DNA from: an uncultured Methanosarcinaceae archaeon
GTDB lineage: Archaea; Halobacteriota; Methanosarcinia; Methanosarcinales; Methanosarcinaceae
Length of the DNA: 64,000 bases
Direction: 5' to 3'
Assembly (NCBI GenBank): GCA_963833425.1
Contig: CAWHXP010000002.1
Coordinates: forward strand, 320,001 to 384,000
The notes beneath the pieces are model-generated. The model was not told the origin of the DNA. It ran no database searches and worked only from the letters and a program-made list of their open reading frames with translations. The translations under genes and the position numbers were made by a program. Of this stretch, positions 20,834 to 32,151 are shown one piece after another (positions within the stretch are counted from its first letter, which is position 1; each line of letters begins with the position of its first letter).

Positions 20834-21977
20834 GAGGATTTCGATAAACTTCGGATTTTATTTCTTAGCAGTAATTTCTCATATCTTCCCCTCAATTTCT
20901 CTATTTAATTCATCTTTTTGGCTTTACTTATTCTCAATTTTTTGATTTTAAAGATAGCTTACGCCATCTTCAATATACTTTTTTTATTTTCAATTTCCTC
21001 AATTGATGGAGATTATAACAAAAAGCCGTACACAACATTTTTAGATTTACTCTTTTAACAGTAGTAACAAAAACTCTTCCTGCTTTGAAAATTTCTTTCG
21101 TTACTGAATAAACTCTTTCCCCTTTGACTCTTTTTGAGCTAATTCTCTTATTTCTTAATATATCCTTTATTCCCAGCGTATGTCCTTTGACCGCTCTTTT
21201 CATTGTTGCATTATACCCTTTCGTTTTTGCTCCAAAGTATCCTCTGTCCCTATAAACCATTTCATTTTCCTCTTCAAATCTACATACGAATCATGTACTG
21301 ACGCAGTTGTTGTTTTGAATCTTCTGATCAGCTCATAATCTCTGTCTATTATATTATGAAGCTTATATCCAAAGTGAGACTTACTTCCCTTCTTTGTCCA
21401 TGTTCAGTCTCTGCTTCTTCTTGTTTTTGCCTCATCTCCTCGAGGTTTATCTCCTTTTGCATGTCCTGAATCTGAATGGATAAAAGTAGCATCCTGAACC
21501 ATTCCCTGCTTCATCTGTAAACCCAGAGTATCAAGTTGGCTTTGTAACTTTCCCCATATTTTCTTTGAAATTCTCGATAATTCTCTCCCTAAATAGCCAT
21601 ACAGTAGTACTGTAAGGTATGTATTCCGGAAATCCAAGGAATTTCCTAAAAGAAATTCGATCTATACAATGTTTCTCAAGTTCAAAATCAGAGAGCACAT
21701 GCCATTGTTGTAAAACAAGCATTTTGAACATCACAATGACATCAGTTTCAGGTCTCCCTCCTGAAACGGTTTTGTTAATATACATAGACTCAAGAATAAT
21801 ACGAAACGTTTTCCAATCAATTAAGAAATCAAATTCAGCAAGCTTATCTCCAACAGATTCAAGACGTTTATACTCTTCTTTAAGAGTAAAATCAGTAAGA
21901 GTTTTCATGAATATACATAAATATTGACAAATTTAAAGTCAACCATGCTCAAGAGCATGGAGGTTATCGAAATTCTC
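20834..21977 (-). mobile_element. IS5-family element copy 1, transposase disrupted
   Basis: TIRs GAGGATTTCGATAA/TTATCGAAATTCTC, TAAAT direct repeats on both flanks; transposase fragments GGRPETD..MFKML, QDATFIHSD, YRDRGY. Confidence 0.93.
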
Positions 21978-22031
21978 TAAATGAATTCATTTATTCCCAA
22001 GATCCCTTTTTTCTTTGATCTCAGTTTTAGG

Positions 22032-22724
22032 CTAGGATTCACTTTCATTCTGAGAAAGATGCTTTAGATACTCTTTAATCATCATAGGGAAAGTATTTGA
22101 AGGTACAAAACGGACTCCAAGTTGTTCTGCCCATTTTTCAATCCCATAATCACTTGCAATAACTGCTGCATCAAGCTCCTTGGCAAGAATCAGGACATCA
22201 ATATCAGGAGCGCTATCAAGAATTCCATATCTCAGAGTGGCACGATATTTGTTCCTAAATTTGCCGATGATTCCACCAATTACTTCTCTTTCAATCTCTT
22301 CTCTATATTCTTTTCCTTTACTTTGCGAATATTCAATAGAGAGACATGCAGTAGCTGCCTCCCAGACCGCATCCTCTGCAACTCCCATTCCTCGATTAAT
22401 CCTTTCTCGCATATGGGATACATATTCGTGGAAGATCTGAGAGGTTACATCTACTCTATAACGATCAGGAGATTTTTTCACCAGCCAAGTATCCATCTTG
22501 GCTATAACCTCTTTGTCACAACCATTTCGAATTGTAAATTCATACATCTCCTTATATACTGATGGATAAGGTACGTAACAACTTATGCCAAACTGCAGGC
22601 GGGCATCGGCTATCAGATCAAGAATTCCTGTCATTCCCTCACAGAGGGAAGTATAGCCCATGACCTCACGTGTCTGCAGATCCGTCAGTGCTGTAGTGTC
22701 CAGTACAAATCTCTGCTTAAACAT
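22032..22724 (-). CDS. RNA-free RNase P (HARP, Aq_880 homologue; formerly RNA ligase partner protein, PIN-like fold)
   Basis: [19 protein letters not shown] and [37 protein letters not shown] motifs. Confidence 0.9.
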   Translation of the reverse strand: MFKQRFVLDTTALTDLQTREVMGYTSLCEGMTGILDLIADARLQFGISCYVPYPSVYKEMYEFTIRNGCDKEVIAKMDTWLVKKSPDRYRVDVTSQIFHEYVSHMRERINRGMGVAEDAVWEAATACLSIEYSQSKGKEYREEIEREVIGGIIGKFRNKYRATLRYGILDSAPDIDVLILAKELDAAVIASDYGIEKWAEQLGVRFVPSNTFPMMIKEYLKHLSQNESES

Positions 22725-22879
22725 TTTTTAAGATCCCTTTTAATCATTTTATTTACTTTTTTATTTATTAAATCAAGGATCGATAAAAGTATATGTTTCA
22801 TTTCTTTCTTTGTTTATTTTTTGTTATCGTCCTATAGTTGACTTATTTAACGCTGCATCAGATGATAATTTATTATATT

Positions 22880-22967
22880 TAGAATTTTGATAAACTCCTT
22901 TATTTTGCCATATTTATATAATTTGTATATAAATGATTAGTTCAAATTAGAGATTTATCGGGATATT
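22880..22967. mobile_element. Degenerate MITE (subfamily 2, reverse orientation)
   Basis: AGAATTTTGATAAACTCC ... TAGAGATTTATCGGGATAT. Confidence 0.6.
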
Positions 22968-22996
22968 TTATCTTGTATATATACTCAGGTACTATA

Positions 22997-24130
22997 GAGG
23001 ATTTCAATAAACTTCGGATTTTATTTCTTAGCAGTGATTTCTCAGATCTTCCCCTCAATTTCTCTATTTAATTCCTCTTTTTGGTTTTACTTAGTCTCAA
23101 TTCTTTGATTTTAAAGATAGCTTCCGCTATCTTCAATATACTTTTTTTATTTTCAATGTCCTCAATTGATGGAGATTATAACAAAAAGCCGTAAACAACA
23201 TTTTTAGATTTACTCTTTTAACAATAGTAACAAAAACTCTTCCTGCTTTGAAAATTTCATTCGTTACTGAATAAACTCTTTCCCCTGGGACTCTTTTTGA
23301 GCTAATTCTCTTATTTCTGAATATATCCTTTATTCCCCAACGTATGTCCTTTGACCGCTCTTTTCATTGTTGCATTATACCCTTTCGTTTTTGCTCCAAA
23401 GTATCCTCTGTCCCTATAAACCACTTCATTTTCCTCTGTCAAATCTACATATGAATCATGTACTGACGCAGTTGTTGTTTTGAATCTTCTGATCAGCTCA
23501 TAATCTCTGTCTATTATATTATGAAGCTTATATCCAAAGTGAGACTTACCTCCCTTCTTTGTCCATGTTCCGTCTCTGCTTCTTCTTGTTTTTGCCTCAT
23601 CTCTCTGCTTTTGCATGTCATGGATCTGAATGGATAAAAGTAACATACTGAATCAGTCCCTGCTTTATCTGGAAACCCAGAGTATCAAGTTGGCTTTGCA
23701 ACTTTTCCCATATTTTCTTTGAAATTCTCGATAATTCTCTCCCTAAATAGCCATACATTAGTACTGTCAGGTACTTATTCCGGAAATACAAGGAATTTCC
23801 TAAAAGAAATTCGATCTATACACTGTTTCTCAAGTTCAAAATCAGAGAGCCCATGCAATTGTTGTAAAACAAGCATTTTAAACATCACAATGACATCAGT
23901 TTCAGGTCTCCCTCCTGAAACGGTTTTATTGATATACATAGACTCAAGAATAATAAGAAACGTTTTCCAATCAATTAAGGAAGCAATTTCAGCAAGCTTA
24001 TCTCCAACAGATTCAAGAGTTTATACTCTTCTTTAAGAGCAAAATCGATAAGAGTTTTCATGAATATACATAAATATTGACAAATTTAAAGTCAACCATG
24101 CTCAAGAGCATGGAGGTTATCCAAAATCTC
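22997..24130 (-). mobile_element. IS5-family element copy 2, transposase disrupted
   Basis: Near-identical to copy 1; TATA direct repeats on both flanks; several frameshifts. Confidence 0.93.
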
Positions 24131-24591
24131 TATATTATGTGATAAATGTTCTACCATAACCATGGTTAAAACTGTTTAACTCCGATGACACTACACTCCT
24201 GCAAGATTGTGCGGATCCACACCTTTGACTTGGTGCCAAAAAGCAAACTAATTTTACGAAAAGAGACGAACTAGAGTGTTGAAAGAAAACAAAATGTGGC
24301 AGTGGTTCATTTCGTCCCTGACCAAAAGGACAGAGGATTAGTGACCTTCAAGCTCAAAAAAATGATAAAATCGATTATAAATTCCTCCAGGTCTACGCTA
24401 GTTAATGAGGAGCTTATGTTCCTGAGATTTTTGAATCCCTTGTGGAATCCCAATGTTTGAATTAATTAAAATAGCAATTGGTTGCAATGAATCAAAAATC
24501 TAGAAAAATAATAAAAGAATTTTCATATTTCTAGAAGATCTTTCCTTTTTTAACAAACCATAATCTTCAGCCACATTAATTAGCGTACTTC

Positions 24592-24729
24592 TTAATCGGC
24601 CTTAATGCGTTTGATAGTTGTAGGACGCTCTTTTACTAAGATTCGATGTCCACAGTAAGGACATCTTATACCTGTGTACTCGTAATCTACTTCGACTTTT
24701 TGTTTACATCGAGTGCACTTATAACCCAT
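24592..24729 (-). CDS. rpoP: DNA-directed RNA polymerase subunit P (Rpo12)
   Basis: Below the ORF-track cutoff. Manual translation [45 protein letters not shown] (45 aa, Zn ribbon); GAGG RBS; follows rpl37ae. Confidence 0.95.
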   Translation of the reverse strand: MGYKCTRCKQKVEVDYEYTGIRCPYCGHRILVKERPTTIKRIKAD

Positions 24730-24750
24730 ATCACAACAACCTCAAAATTT

Positions 24751-25035
24751 TCATTTTGCCTCGGTAATGTTCTTCATCGTGCGCAACATGGTCTGACCGA
24801 CACTAGTGAAAGGAAGATAGGTTCCGCCAGCAAAGGTGTATTTACACTTACTGCATTCCCATATTCCTGTCCCGATTCTTTTAACAGTCGGACGAGCACA
24901 TTTAGTACACACATGTGGGGCTCGCATGCGTTCTTCTAGATCCGCCACAAGCTTTCTGTCCTTTCTCCCATACCTGGGACCGAACCTACCTGATGATCTG
25001 GAAATTCTTCCCTTTTTAGTAAATTTTTTTACCAT
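24751..25035 (-). CDS. rpl37ae: 50S ribosomal protein L37ae (eL43)
   Basis: [32 protein letters not shown]. Confidence 0.97.
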   Translation of the reverse strand: MVKKFTKKGRISRSSGRFGPRYGRKDRKLVADLEERMRAPHVCTKCARPTVKRIGTGIWECSKCKYTFAGGTYLPFTSVGQTMLRTMKNITEAK

Positions 25036-25175
25036 AGTTATAACTCCATAAAAATATACTTCTATTTCGAAACGATTCAACTCAAGCCGCTGAATAAGGC
25101 TCAAGAACGATATTTAGATATTCACCTCTGATTATATTTGTAGCACGTATACCGTAATATTGGCATTTAATATTT

Positions 25176-25263
25176 GAAAATTTCGATAAACTCCTAATTT
25201 ATATGGCTTATTTATATATAATTTATTTAAATATATATAATTATGAGGTTTATCGAAATTCTC
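25176..25263. mobile_element. 88-bp MITE between rrp42 and rpl37ae
   Basis: GAAAATTTCGATAAACTCC ... GAGGTTTATCGAAATTCTC inverted repeats with an AT-rich core. Confidence 0.8.
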
Positions 25264-25278
25264 TTAATAACCTTAGAC

Positions 25279-26070
25279 TTATTCCTTTCTTACAAGCCCT
25301 TCCAAATATAGTTTTCTAAGTTCGTTCGCCTTTTCGCTCGCCATATTGATTGCTTCCAGAACTTCTGCTTCAGTGAGAGGAACAGAACCCATTTTCTGCA
25401 TTCCAGCAACAGATCCATCTGAACTGGAAACAATTGTAAGTTTTGTCTCACAAATTGCCTCTTCATCCAGAGAGGGGTCCACCATTAACTTTGAACCGAT
25501 TTTAGCCAGAGTCACACCCAATGGTGTCTCTTTCATTGAAAGGGACACATTTTCCCCGATTCCCTGCTGCTCATTTGGAACAATCGTGGTCATAAGAGCT
25601 GCAATAGCAGCGAAACAGGAAGCATCAATAAGATTTCCCTCGTCATTGAGAACATGGACATCTATGAAGACTATCCAGACTGATTCTCCCACCGCTACGC
25701 ACAGCTTCTTTAAATCAATTGCGCCCGATTCCCTGATCCCCCTATCAACTACTCTTGCCATTTCGATTGCTTCTTCTCTGGGAGGACCTGGCTCAAAATC
25801 TGGAGAGGCAATAGGGTTAAGCTCAAGGTTGGTAATAATCACCCCTTCATCGGGCGAATCTGGAAAAGGAGTGCCTATCTGAAGCTTGACTCCTACGAGG
25901 ACCTGTGTATCACCAAGAGTTATTTTTGCTGAACCTTCAGCTTTAGTGATAATATTTGTTTCGAGCTTGATATCTCTGAAATCCTTAAATCCACGCCCAT
26001 CCTGTCGCTTACCTTTGACCATAAGATTGTAAATATAATCCTTCTTGAGCGTAGCAATAACTTCACTCAT
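25279..26070 (-). CDS. rrp42: Exosome core subunit Rrp42
   Basis: GKRQDGRG..DFR, AEGSA, GTPFPDSPDEG, ARVVDRGIRES. Confidence 0.96.
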   Translation of the reverse strand: MSEVIATLKKDYIYNLMVKGKRQDGRGFKDFRDIKLETNIITKAEGSAKITLGDTQVLVGVKLQIGTPFPDSPDEGVIITNLELNPIASPDFEPGPPREEAIEMARVVDRGIRESGAIDLKKLCVAVGESVWIVFIDVHVLNDEGNLIDASCFAAIAALMTTIVPNEQQGIGENVSLSMKETPLGVTLAKIGSKLMVDPSLDEEAICETKLTIVSSSDGSVAGMQKMGSVPLTEAEVLEAINMASEKANELRKLYLEGLVRKE

Positions 26071-27430
26071 CTCTATCACCTTTGTTTCCTGATTCGGAAG
26101 GATCTTTTACTACCAACCAGGGATCTTTGGAATTTTCTTTTTCACATTTTTCTTCAACTTTTACTGCTCCCTCGTCAAGAACCTTTTTTCTGGATTTATC
26201 TTTGAATTCAAGCTCTTTTTCGGAGTCAAAAGTCTTTTCTGAGATGGCTTCTTCAGTTGTGGATTTCTCGCAAAGCAGAGTTTCTTTTTCAGCAGATTCC
26301 TCAGACTCAAATTTCATTTTTTCCGCGTCAGAGGATACAGCTTCTTCCTTGATAAGCTCAAGCTCTTCAAACTCTGCAATTTTGGGAACTACCTCTAAAG
26401 ATGCTTTAGGATCAGCTTCTTCTTCGATTTCAGCTCCGATTACCTCTTCTAAAGCCTCTTCATCTACTAAGGACTCAGTTTCTTCAATTTTATTTTCTAA
26501 TTCCTCACATTCATGAATCTCTTCAGTAACAGTATCTTCTTCAGCGATTGTTTCAAAAATATCCTCTTCAAAAACATTGACTTCTTCATGAATTTCTTTG
26601 ACTACTGCTATCTCTGAAGCGCATTTCAGGGGCACTTCTGCTTCTATAACTTTGTTCTCAAGATCTGAGATCTCCTCAATAAAAGTCTCTTTTGCAGGCT
26701 CTTCGATGGGAGTTTCGAACTTCCTTCTCAGAACTACTTGTTGAATTTCGAGTATTTCTTTACATCCTTTTCTTACAAGTTCGAGGCCTTTCTTGATTTC
26801 TTCAGATGTAAGGTGCCCGTCCATCTGGAGCAGAGTAATCTCTCCGTCCTGAGTCATCGCGACAGGAAAATCGGCCTCTCCATAATTATCTTCTTCCTTG
26901 TTAAGGTCTAGTACTATTTGCCCATCAACTTTTCCGAAAGCACAGGAAGTTATGAGACCTTTCATAGGAATTCCGGCATCTGCAAGAGCTATACTTGAAG
27001 CATTGATTGCTGCTGTTCTTGTCCCTGCATCAGCTTGAAGTACTTCTACAAAAATATCAATCGCCGTTTTTGGGAAAAGCTCACCCATAATTACCGGTTC
27101 AAAGGCTTCTCTAGAAACTTTTGAAATTTCGATGCTCCGTCTGTTAGGACCTGGACGAGCGCGGTCCTCAACGGAAAAAGAAGCCATATTATACTTATAA
27201 CGGATAACTGCAGTATCTGCGCGCTGCATACGACGGGGATGAGCTTCTCTCGGGCCAAATACTCCTACCAGGACTTTGTTTCTACCCCATTCAAGGTAAC
27301 ATGAACCATCAGCTCTAGAAAGCACTCCAATTTCAATTTTCATGGGCCTAATTTCATCCGCTCGCCTCCCATCAAGACGAAACCCGTCATCAGTGATTAA
27401 TTTTCCAGCCTTATCACTTATACAACTCAT
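26063..27430 (-). CDS. rrp41: Exosome core subunit Rrp41 with long Glu-rich C-terminal extension
   Basis: RLDGRRADEIRP, ADGSCYLEWG, QADAGTR, DLNKEED; acidic tail of about 210 aa. Confidence 0.96.
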   Translation of the reverse strand: MSCISDKAGKLITDDGFRLDGRRADEIRPMKIEIGVLSRADGSCYLEWGRNKVLVGVFGPREAHPRRMQRADTAVIRYKYNMASFSVEDRARPGPNRRSIEISKVSREAFEPVIMGELFPKTAIDIFVEVLQADAGTRTAAINASSIALADAGIPMKGLITSCAFGKVDGQIVLDLNKEEDNYGEADFPVAMTQDGEITLLQMDGHLTSEEIKKGLELVRKGCKEILEIQQVVLRRKFETPIEEPAKETFIEEISDLENKVIEAEVPLKCASEIAVVKEIHEEVNVFEEDIFETIAEEDTVTEEIHECEELENKIEETESLVDEEALEEVIGAEIEEEADPKASLEVVPKIAEFEELELIKEEAVSSDAEKMKFESEESAEKETLLCEKSTTEEAISEKTFDSEKELEFKDKSRKKVLDEGAVKVEEKCEKENSKDPWLVVKDPSESGNKGDRDE

Positions 27431-27508
27431 GCTTTGATCTCCAAAAAACTCACAAAACAAATCAGCTTATAGAAGATTCCTTAAAATCTCTCATAATTCT
27501 ACTAAAAC

Positions 27509-28291
27509 TCAATTCTTTGGATCCAGCAATACGTCAATTTTCCTGTATATATCTTCGAAATTATCTTCTTTTGCTAATTTAGCACCTTTATGTGCATTTT
27601 TAAAAATTTTTAAATTACTGGACTCACTCTGTACAAACCTTTCATTTTTCAGAAAATTATATATCCTATCTGTCAATCCGGAACGCTGTGCCTCAGCTTC
27701 GATCTTCCGTAAAGCTTTGCTCAAAAGCTCTACATCTTCATCCTTCCCATCGATCCATATTCTACCGTTCTGGCCAACGAAAATACTGCAGTTTGTTTCT
27801 TTCTTCAGCATTGAGATCATAGAACCGCCGTGTCCTATCACACGAGGGACCTTGACAGGCTCAACCTCGACAATCTGACCCGTTTTGAGTTTGTGGAAGT
27901 TTGAATCCCTCAAGCCAAGCTCAATTTTCATGGAGCTATCTACATCTTTTACCCTGATAATCATAGAATCGCCTACATTCAGAATTTCAGGCATATCCCG
28001 TGATTCTAATCTTCTTGGATATTCAGATACATGGAATAAACCATCATAAGGAGAAGCAATGTCCATTATCCAGTTGGACGGCGTAACCACAATAACGATC
28101 CCTATCACAACATCATTTACTGAGGGGATATAGGCTCCTTCGAGAGGGGTTACTACAGCTTTATCATCTTTGAGATTCTCAATACCACAAAAAGAAGAAT
28201 ATATCTTGTTATTCTTCACATATGTCCCATATCCGGCTTTTCTTGTGTTCGCGGATATTAGGTCACCAGGAATCACTATTTTTTTATCCAT
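27509..28291 (-). CDS. rrp4: Exosome RNA-binding subunit Rrp4
   Basis: VIPGD, YIPSVNDVVIG (S1), KVPRVIGHGGSMI and GQNGRIW (KH). Confidence 0.96.
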   Translation of the reverse strand: MDKKIVIPGDLISANTRKAGYGTYVKNNKIYSSFCGIENLKDDKAVVTPLEGAYIPSVNDVVIGIVIVVTPSNWIMDIASPYDGLFHVSEYPRRLESRDMPEILNVGDSMIIRVKDVDSSMKIELGLRDSNFHKLKTGQIVEVEPVKVPRVIGHGGSMISMLKKETNCSIFVGQNGRIWIDGKDEDVELLSKALRKIEAEAQRSGLTDRIYNFLKNERFVQSESSNLKIFKNAHKGAKLAKEDNFEDIYRKIDVLLDPKN

Positions 28292-28302
28292 CCAACATCC
28301 TC

Positions 28303-28995
28303 TTATAAAAGTTTAGTTTTAGCCTCACCTTTCGTAAGATGATTTATAAGAGCGTAAAAATCAGTTTGGATTCCTCCCGGAATCCTTATAACTGCAATCC
28401 AAGAGCCGTCACGCAGCCATTCTTCTTTTGTAATAGTTCCAACCTTGGAAATGTCTCCATATGCTTTTGGGGCATATTTTGGGGGAATTTTCACAGCAAT
28501 ATTGATTTCTTCAAAACGTATGGGTATAAGTGGACGAATGGCTTTCATTGTAATGTTTACGAGTTGATCCACACTTTTTAAAGGGTCTATATGAACTTTT
28601 GCTTCCTCCATCGCTTTTTCAATCCTTGCGGGAGGATGCGGTGCTCTTGTCTGGGGATTTATAGCATTTTTGGAAATAGTATAGATAACCTTTTTCTTTT
28701 TTTCCTCAAGCATGCATCTTCTCTGCTCAGCTGTAAGCTGAAGTTCTCCACTTTTCAGGATCAAGGCAGCAATCTCCAAGAGGTCAGTAGTCTCAAAAGA
28801 ATTGATAATATCGGATTCTGCTGCGCGATCCCCTTTGTTTGCATCTTCGAATATTGTTTCAACTGCCAGAACGTCCTCTAGATTTACTTCCTCTCCTCGT
28901 TTGTAGGCCAGAGCTCCTTCTGGCTCGACCAGGATTTCGAAATGTTTGTTGCCTCTTTTAAGTCTTGCAGTAACTGCCTCATCCAGGGACACCAT
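28303..28995 (-). CDS. Ribosome maturation factor SBDS/Sdo1
   Basis: [31 protein letters not shown]; standard position between psmA and rrp4. Confidence 0.95.
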   Translation of the reverse strand: MVSLDEAVTARLKRGNKHFEILVEPEGALAYKRGEEVNLEDVLAVETIFEDANKGDRAAESDIINSFETTDLLEIAALILKSGELQLTAEQRRCMLEEKKKKVIYTISKNAINPQTRAPHPPARIEKAMEEAKVHIDPLKSVDQLVNITMKAIRPLIPIRFEEINIAVKIPPKYAPKAYGDISKVGTITKEEWLRDGSWIAVIRIPGGIQTDFYALINHLTKGEAKTKLL

Positions 28996-29075
28996 TTCCA
29001 AATACCTTCTCCAAACCATAATTTTGAGAATAAAAAATTCTCTAATACTCATTTCCTGAAAATTAATATAGCTTT

Positions 29076-29825
29076 TTATTCTTTGTGTTCAGTCTCTCTG
29101 TGTTTAGCATGGATCTCCTGAACATATTTCTCAACTTCTTCAGGAACCAATTTCCTGAACTTCTGATCCTGAAGGGAAATAATACCCACTTCAAGGGTTG
29201 AAGCTTCGAATTTACCTTCAGCAGCTCTATAGAGTGCATCCATGCCGAGGAGAATAGCTGCATCAATATTCATGTCTTCTCTGTAATCAGCCTCAAAAAC
29301 TTCAACTACTGCATTTCTGCCTGCTCCAATAGCTGTTGCTTTGTATTCCAGAAGAGCGCCACTTGGATCGGTCTCAAATAATCTGGGTAGATTATCATTC
29401 ACACCTGCGATAAGAAGTGCAGTACCGTAGGGGCGAACACCTCCATACTGTGTGTAGGTCTGCTTATGGTCACAAATTTTTTTGGAGATGACCTCCACAC
29501 CTATGGGTTCATCATAAGAAACCCTGTTGACCTGTGCTTCTACACGAGCCCTATCAACAAGTGAGCGGGCGTCAGCCACAAGCCCAGAAGTTGCGGCTCC
29601 GATGTGGTCATCGATTTGGAAAATTTTTTCTATTGATTCAGCTTCCACAAGCCTACTCGTAATTCTCTTATCAACCAGCAGCACTACCCCGTCAGCTGCT
29701 TTTATTCCCACGGCTGTTGTTCCCCTTTTAACTGCCTCGCGGGCATATTCTACCTGAAAAAGTCTTCCATCAGGGCTAAAAACAGTAATTGCCCTGTCAT
29801 AACCCATTTGTGGTGCCATCTGCAT
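29076..29825 (-). CDS. psmA: Proteasome alpha subunit
   Basis: [25 protein letters not shown] signature. Confidence 0.99.
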   Translation of the reverse strand: MQMAPQMGYDRAITVFSPDGRLFQVEYAREAVKRGTTAVGIKAADGVVLLVDKRITSRLVEAESIEKIFQIDDHIGAATSGLVADARSLVDRARVEAQVNRVSYDEPIGVEVISKKICDHKQTYTQYGGVRPYGTALLIAGVNDNLPRLFETDPSGALLEYKATAIGAGRNAVVEVFEADYREDMNIDAAILLGMDALYRAAEGKFEASTLEVGIISLQDQKFRKLVPEEVEKYVQEIHAKHRETEHKE

Positions 29826-30618
29826 ATTCCATATCTCCCTTATATCTATTACTTGTTGTTCCCAATTTTTCCGGCAAATAACCGGTATTATTTCCTTTAG
29901 GATCTCTACCCGCAGAGTCGTCAGCTAAATAAACGCCTTCCAAAAAAAGGCTTTGGTCATTGGTCACGATGCTATGCGAATATTCCAAAATTCAGGAGCT
30001 TGAAGCCCCATACTCTTCATTTAGGCAAGGAAAAAGTATTTTGATCCACTATAACGTATTTCTTCCTTATTATAGTTTTTAACCTTTTATTCGGGACTTC
30101 AAATCCTGGCAGTTTTTTTGATGAAACCAGCGAAAATACACTATGTAAAGGGAATTCAAAGGCACTTTTACCAAATAAAAATACGTCCCCCAAATAGTGA
30201 CACGGATTCACGTACTTAAGGAAACTATTTTAATTGTTTTTGTGGTCTAGTTCCAATGTTAACCAAATCCGTTAATAAAGTGTATTTACTCAGTTATAAT
30301 GCTTGTGAGGTCCATGTATTTCTGGTACCTAAATTCGGGCTTTGAAAACCTAATTGAGTTAACCTTCTACCTTTTCCAATGCATTCGGATTTCGGGCCTA
30401 CTTTTTTTATCAGGACCTTACTCATCCACAATCAACTTTTAGAAATTTTGTATAAGCTACATCACTGTCAATCAGTCCCACTAATCAATATCTTACACTA
30501 ATATAATACTCATCCATTGTTGTATATGTTAAGCAGCTCTATGGCTGAAAATTCGATGTAAACATAAAAAAATACCAATAAAAGCTGCCAATGTTTATTT
30601 TCTTGAACCTTCAAGATT

Positions 30619-31002
30619 TTATTCTTCACCCTTTCTGAATTTAGTCTCAATTTCGGGCTTAAAGGCCTTATGAATTTGGAGGAATTTTTCAGTGGCTCTT
30701 TTAACTGTACCTGAAATCCCAAATATATGCAAAGTTACCCTCTTCCCGTTAATCCGAGTGAGAGCTGCCAGAGAAGCTCTTGTTTCTTTTACTCTGGTAC
30801 TGGAGCACTGGATAATACCTTTCCAGTCTTCAAACCCCAAAATCTTAATGTCACATTCACTTGAAATTACATCTCCGAGCAGCGAGGAAGCAGAAGATAT
30901 GATCTCCTTTACCAAATCACTCCTTACTACGGGCCCCTCGGAAATAAGCTCAAAAGCAATATAGCGTTTTTTTCCGCGAAGCGAAGGAAGCAAGCGTTTC
31001 AA
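30619..31002 (-). CDS. rnp2: RNase P protein component 2 (Pop5/Rpp14)
   Basis: LPSLRGKKRYIAFE ... GISGTVKRA. Confidence 0.95.
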   Translation of the reverse strand: MKRLLPSLRGKKRYIAFELISEGPVVRSDLVKEIISSASSLLGDVISSECDIKILGFEDWKGIIQCSSTRVKETRASLAALTRINGKRVTLHIFGISGTVKRATEKFLQIHKAFKPEIETKFRKGEE

Positions 31003-31718
31003 AAATGATCACACTCATCGAGTAATTCGATGCCTTCTCTTATATATCCAGATGCAAGACGTTTCCTTGAAATAATTTTTTCAGGCACAGTACACATAGC
31101 TTCAAGAGCTTCTTCTTCTTCAAGCCCGCATATTTCAGCCATAGCAAGTGTTTCCATTGGGGAACGCAGGTCAAAACAGGACATCGCACTGCTTGAGAGC
31201 ACAAGAGAAACGTCATATTTCCTGACAAGGTCTAGGTTTGCCCTGAGAGCCGATAACAGACGGATACGTCTGGAACCCCTTGAATGGAGGAAAGGCCTCA
31301 ATGTCAGGCCTATTGAAACCCCGTTTTCAGCTGCTGCCTTTGCAAGCACCTGATTTAACCCACTGCTCTTATCAAAAGCCGGATGATTCAATATATCTAC
31401 CCTGAAATTTTCCAACGAAGTCTTGTTGACAGTCTCTGAACCTCCATGTACTATCAAAACATCCACCGATTTTCTGAATTTCCCTATTAAACTGTTAAGT
31501 TTCGAAGGATTTTCTTCTACAAGCTCAATTCCTTTGAAAATTTCAAATCCATTGGTTGAGGTAAGTAATGGTGGTGATTGAGGAAGTTTATCTGAATGGT
31601 TTGCAAGCACGATTCCACTGTACCCGAAATGCATGGCTAGTGTAGAAAGTTGCTCAACAGTATTATCCCCATCAGGAATTGCATGAACGCAAAAATCATA
31701 AAATTTTGGTTTACCCAA
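30999..31718 (-). CDS. rnp3: RNase P protein component 3 (Rpp30)
   Basis: PHP-like fold; VHGGSETVN, VDILNHP, LNQVLAKAAAEN, FDLRSP. Confidence 0.93.
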   Translation of the reverse strand: MGKPKFYDFCVHAIPDGDNTVEQLSTLAMHFGYSGIVLANHSDKLPQSPPLLTSTNGFEIFKGIELVEENPSKLNSLIGKFRKSVDVLIVHGGSETVNKTSLENFRVDILNHPAFDKSSGLNQVLAKAAAENGVSIGLTLRPFLHSRGSRRIRLLSALRANLDLVRKYDVSLVLSSSAMSCFDLRSPMETLAMAEICGLEEEEALEAMCTVPEKIISRKRLASGYIREGIELLDECDHF

Positions 31719-32151
31719 AAAACTCCTCCACTATGGCTCCGGCTTTTTCCCTACTCTTCGGATATGTCTTGATCTTGACTTTTACGGTGATCGCATTCGA
31801 AGAATCAGTTAACCTTACCTTCTGCAAGTACGCAGCCTGCTTATCAAAGCGGAGATGGAAAACCTGATCATTGTCCAGCCTCTCAGACATTTCATTCCTG
31901 AGCCGTACTACATCTTTCTCTAAAAAATGTTCCCGGACAAAACTAGCAAAACCCAGGCAGTCTGCCTTCCTTTTAACCTGTAAGCTCAATACAGTAATGG
32001 GATTTCCGTGATGCCCTTCAGACTGAAGCTCTTCAATCAACTCCCTATCCAGGACGCTAGTGCTGGATACCAAAAACTTCAGAGCTTTCTGGACTCTGAA
32101 TACATCCTCTGTTGCGTGGGCGAATGCACGCAGAATTATGTGATAAATCAC
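31711..32151 (-). CDS. Exosome-operon RNA-binding protein (COG1325-like)
   Basis: [27 protein letters not shown]. Confidence 0.9.
   Translation of the reverse strand: MIYHIILRAFAHATEDVFRVQKALKFLVSSTSVLDRELIEELQSEGHHGNPITVLSLQVKRKADCLGFASFVREHFLEKDVVRLRNEMSERLDNDQVFHLRFDKQAAYLQKVRLTDSSNAITVKVKIKTYPKSREKAGAIVEEFFG

Noticed and set aside
22032..22034. Pyrrolysine read-through at the TAG stops of HARP and the repeat protein (36070)
   Set aside because: Read-through of HARP adds only about 14 residues, and both proteins look complete at the TAG.
20834..24130. HARP composite transposon
   Set aside because: Each IS copy has its own flanking direct repeat (TAAAT; TATA), which indicates independent insertions.
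29826..30618. RNase P RNA or other ncRNA between psmA and rnp2
   Set aside because: No GAGGAAAGUCC-type conserved element, C/D boxes or convincing long stems seen; the short ORFs here have no recognisable features.
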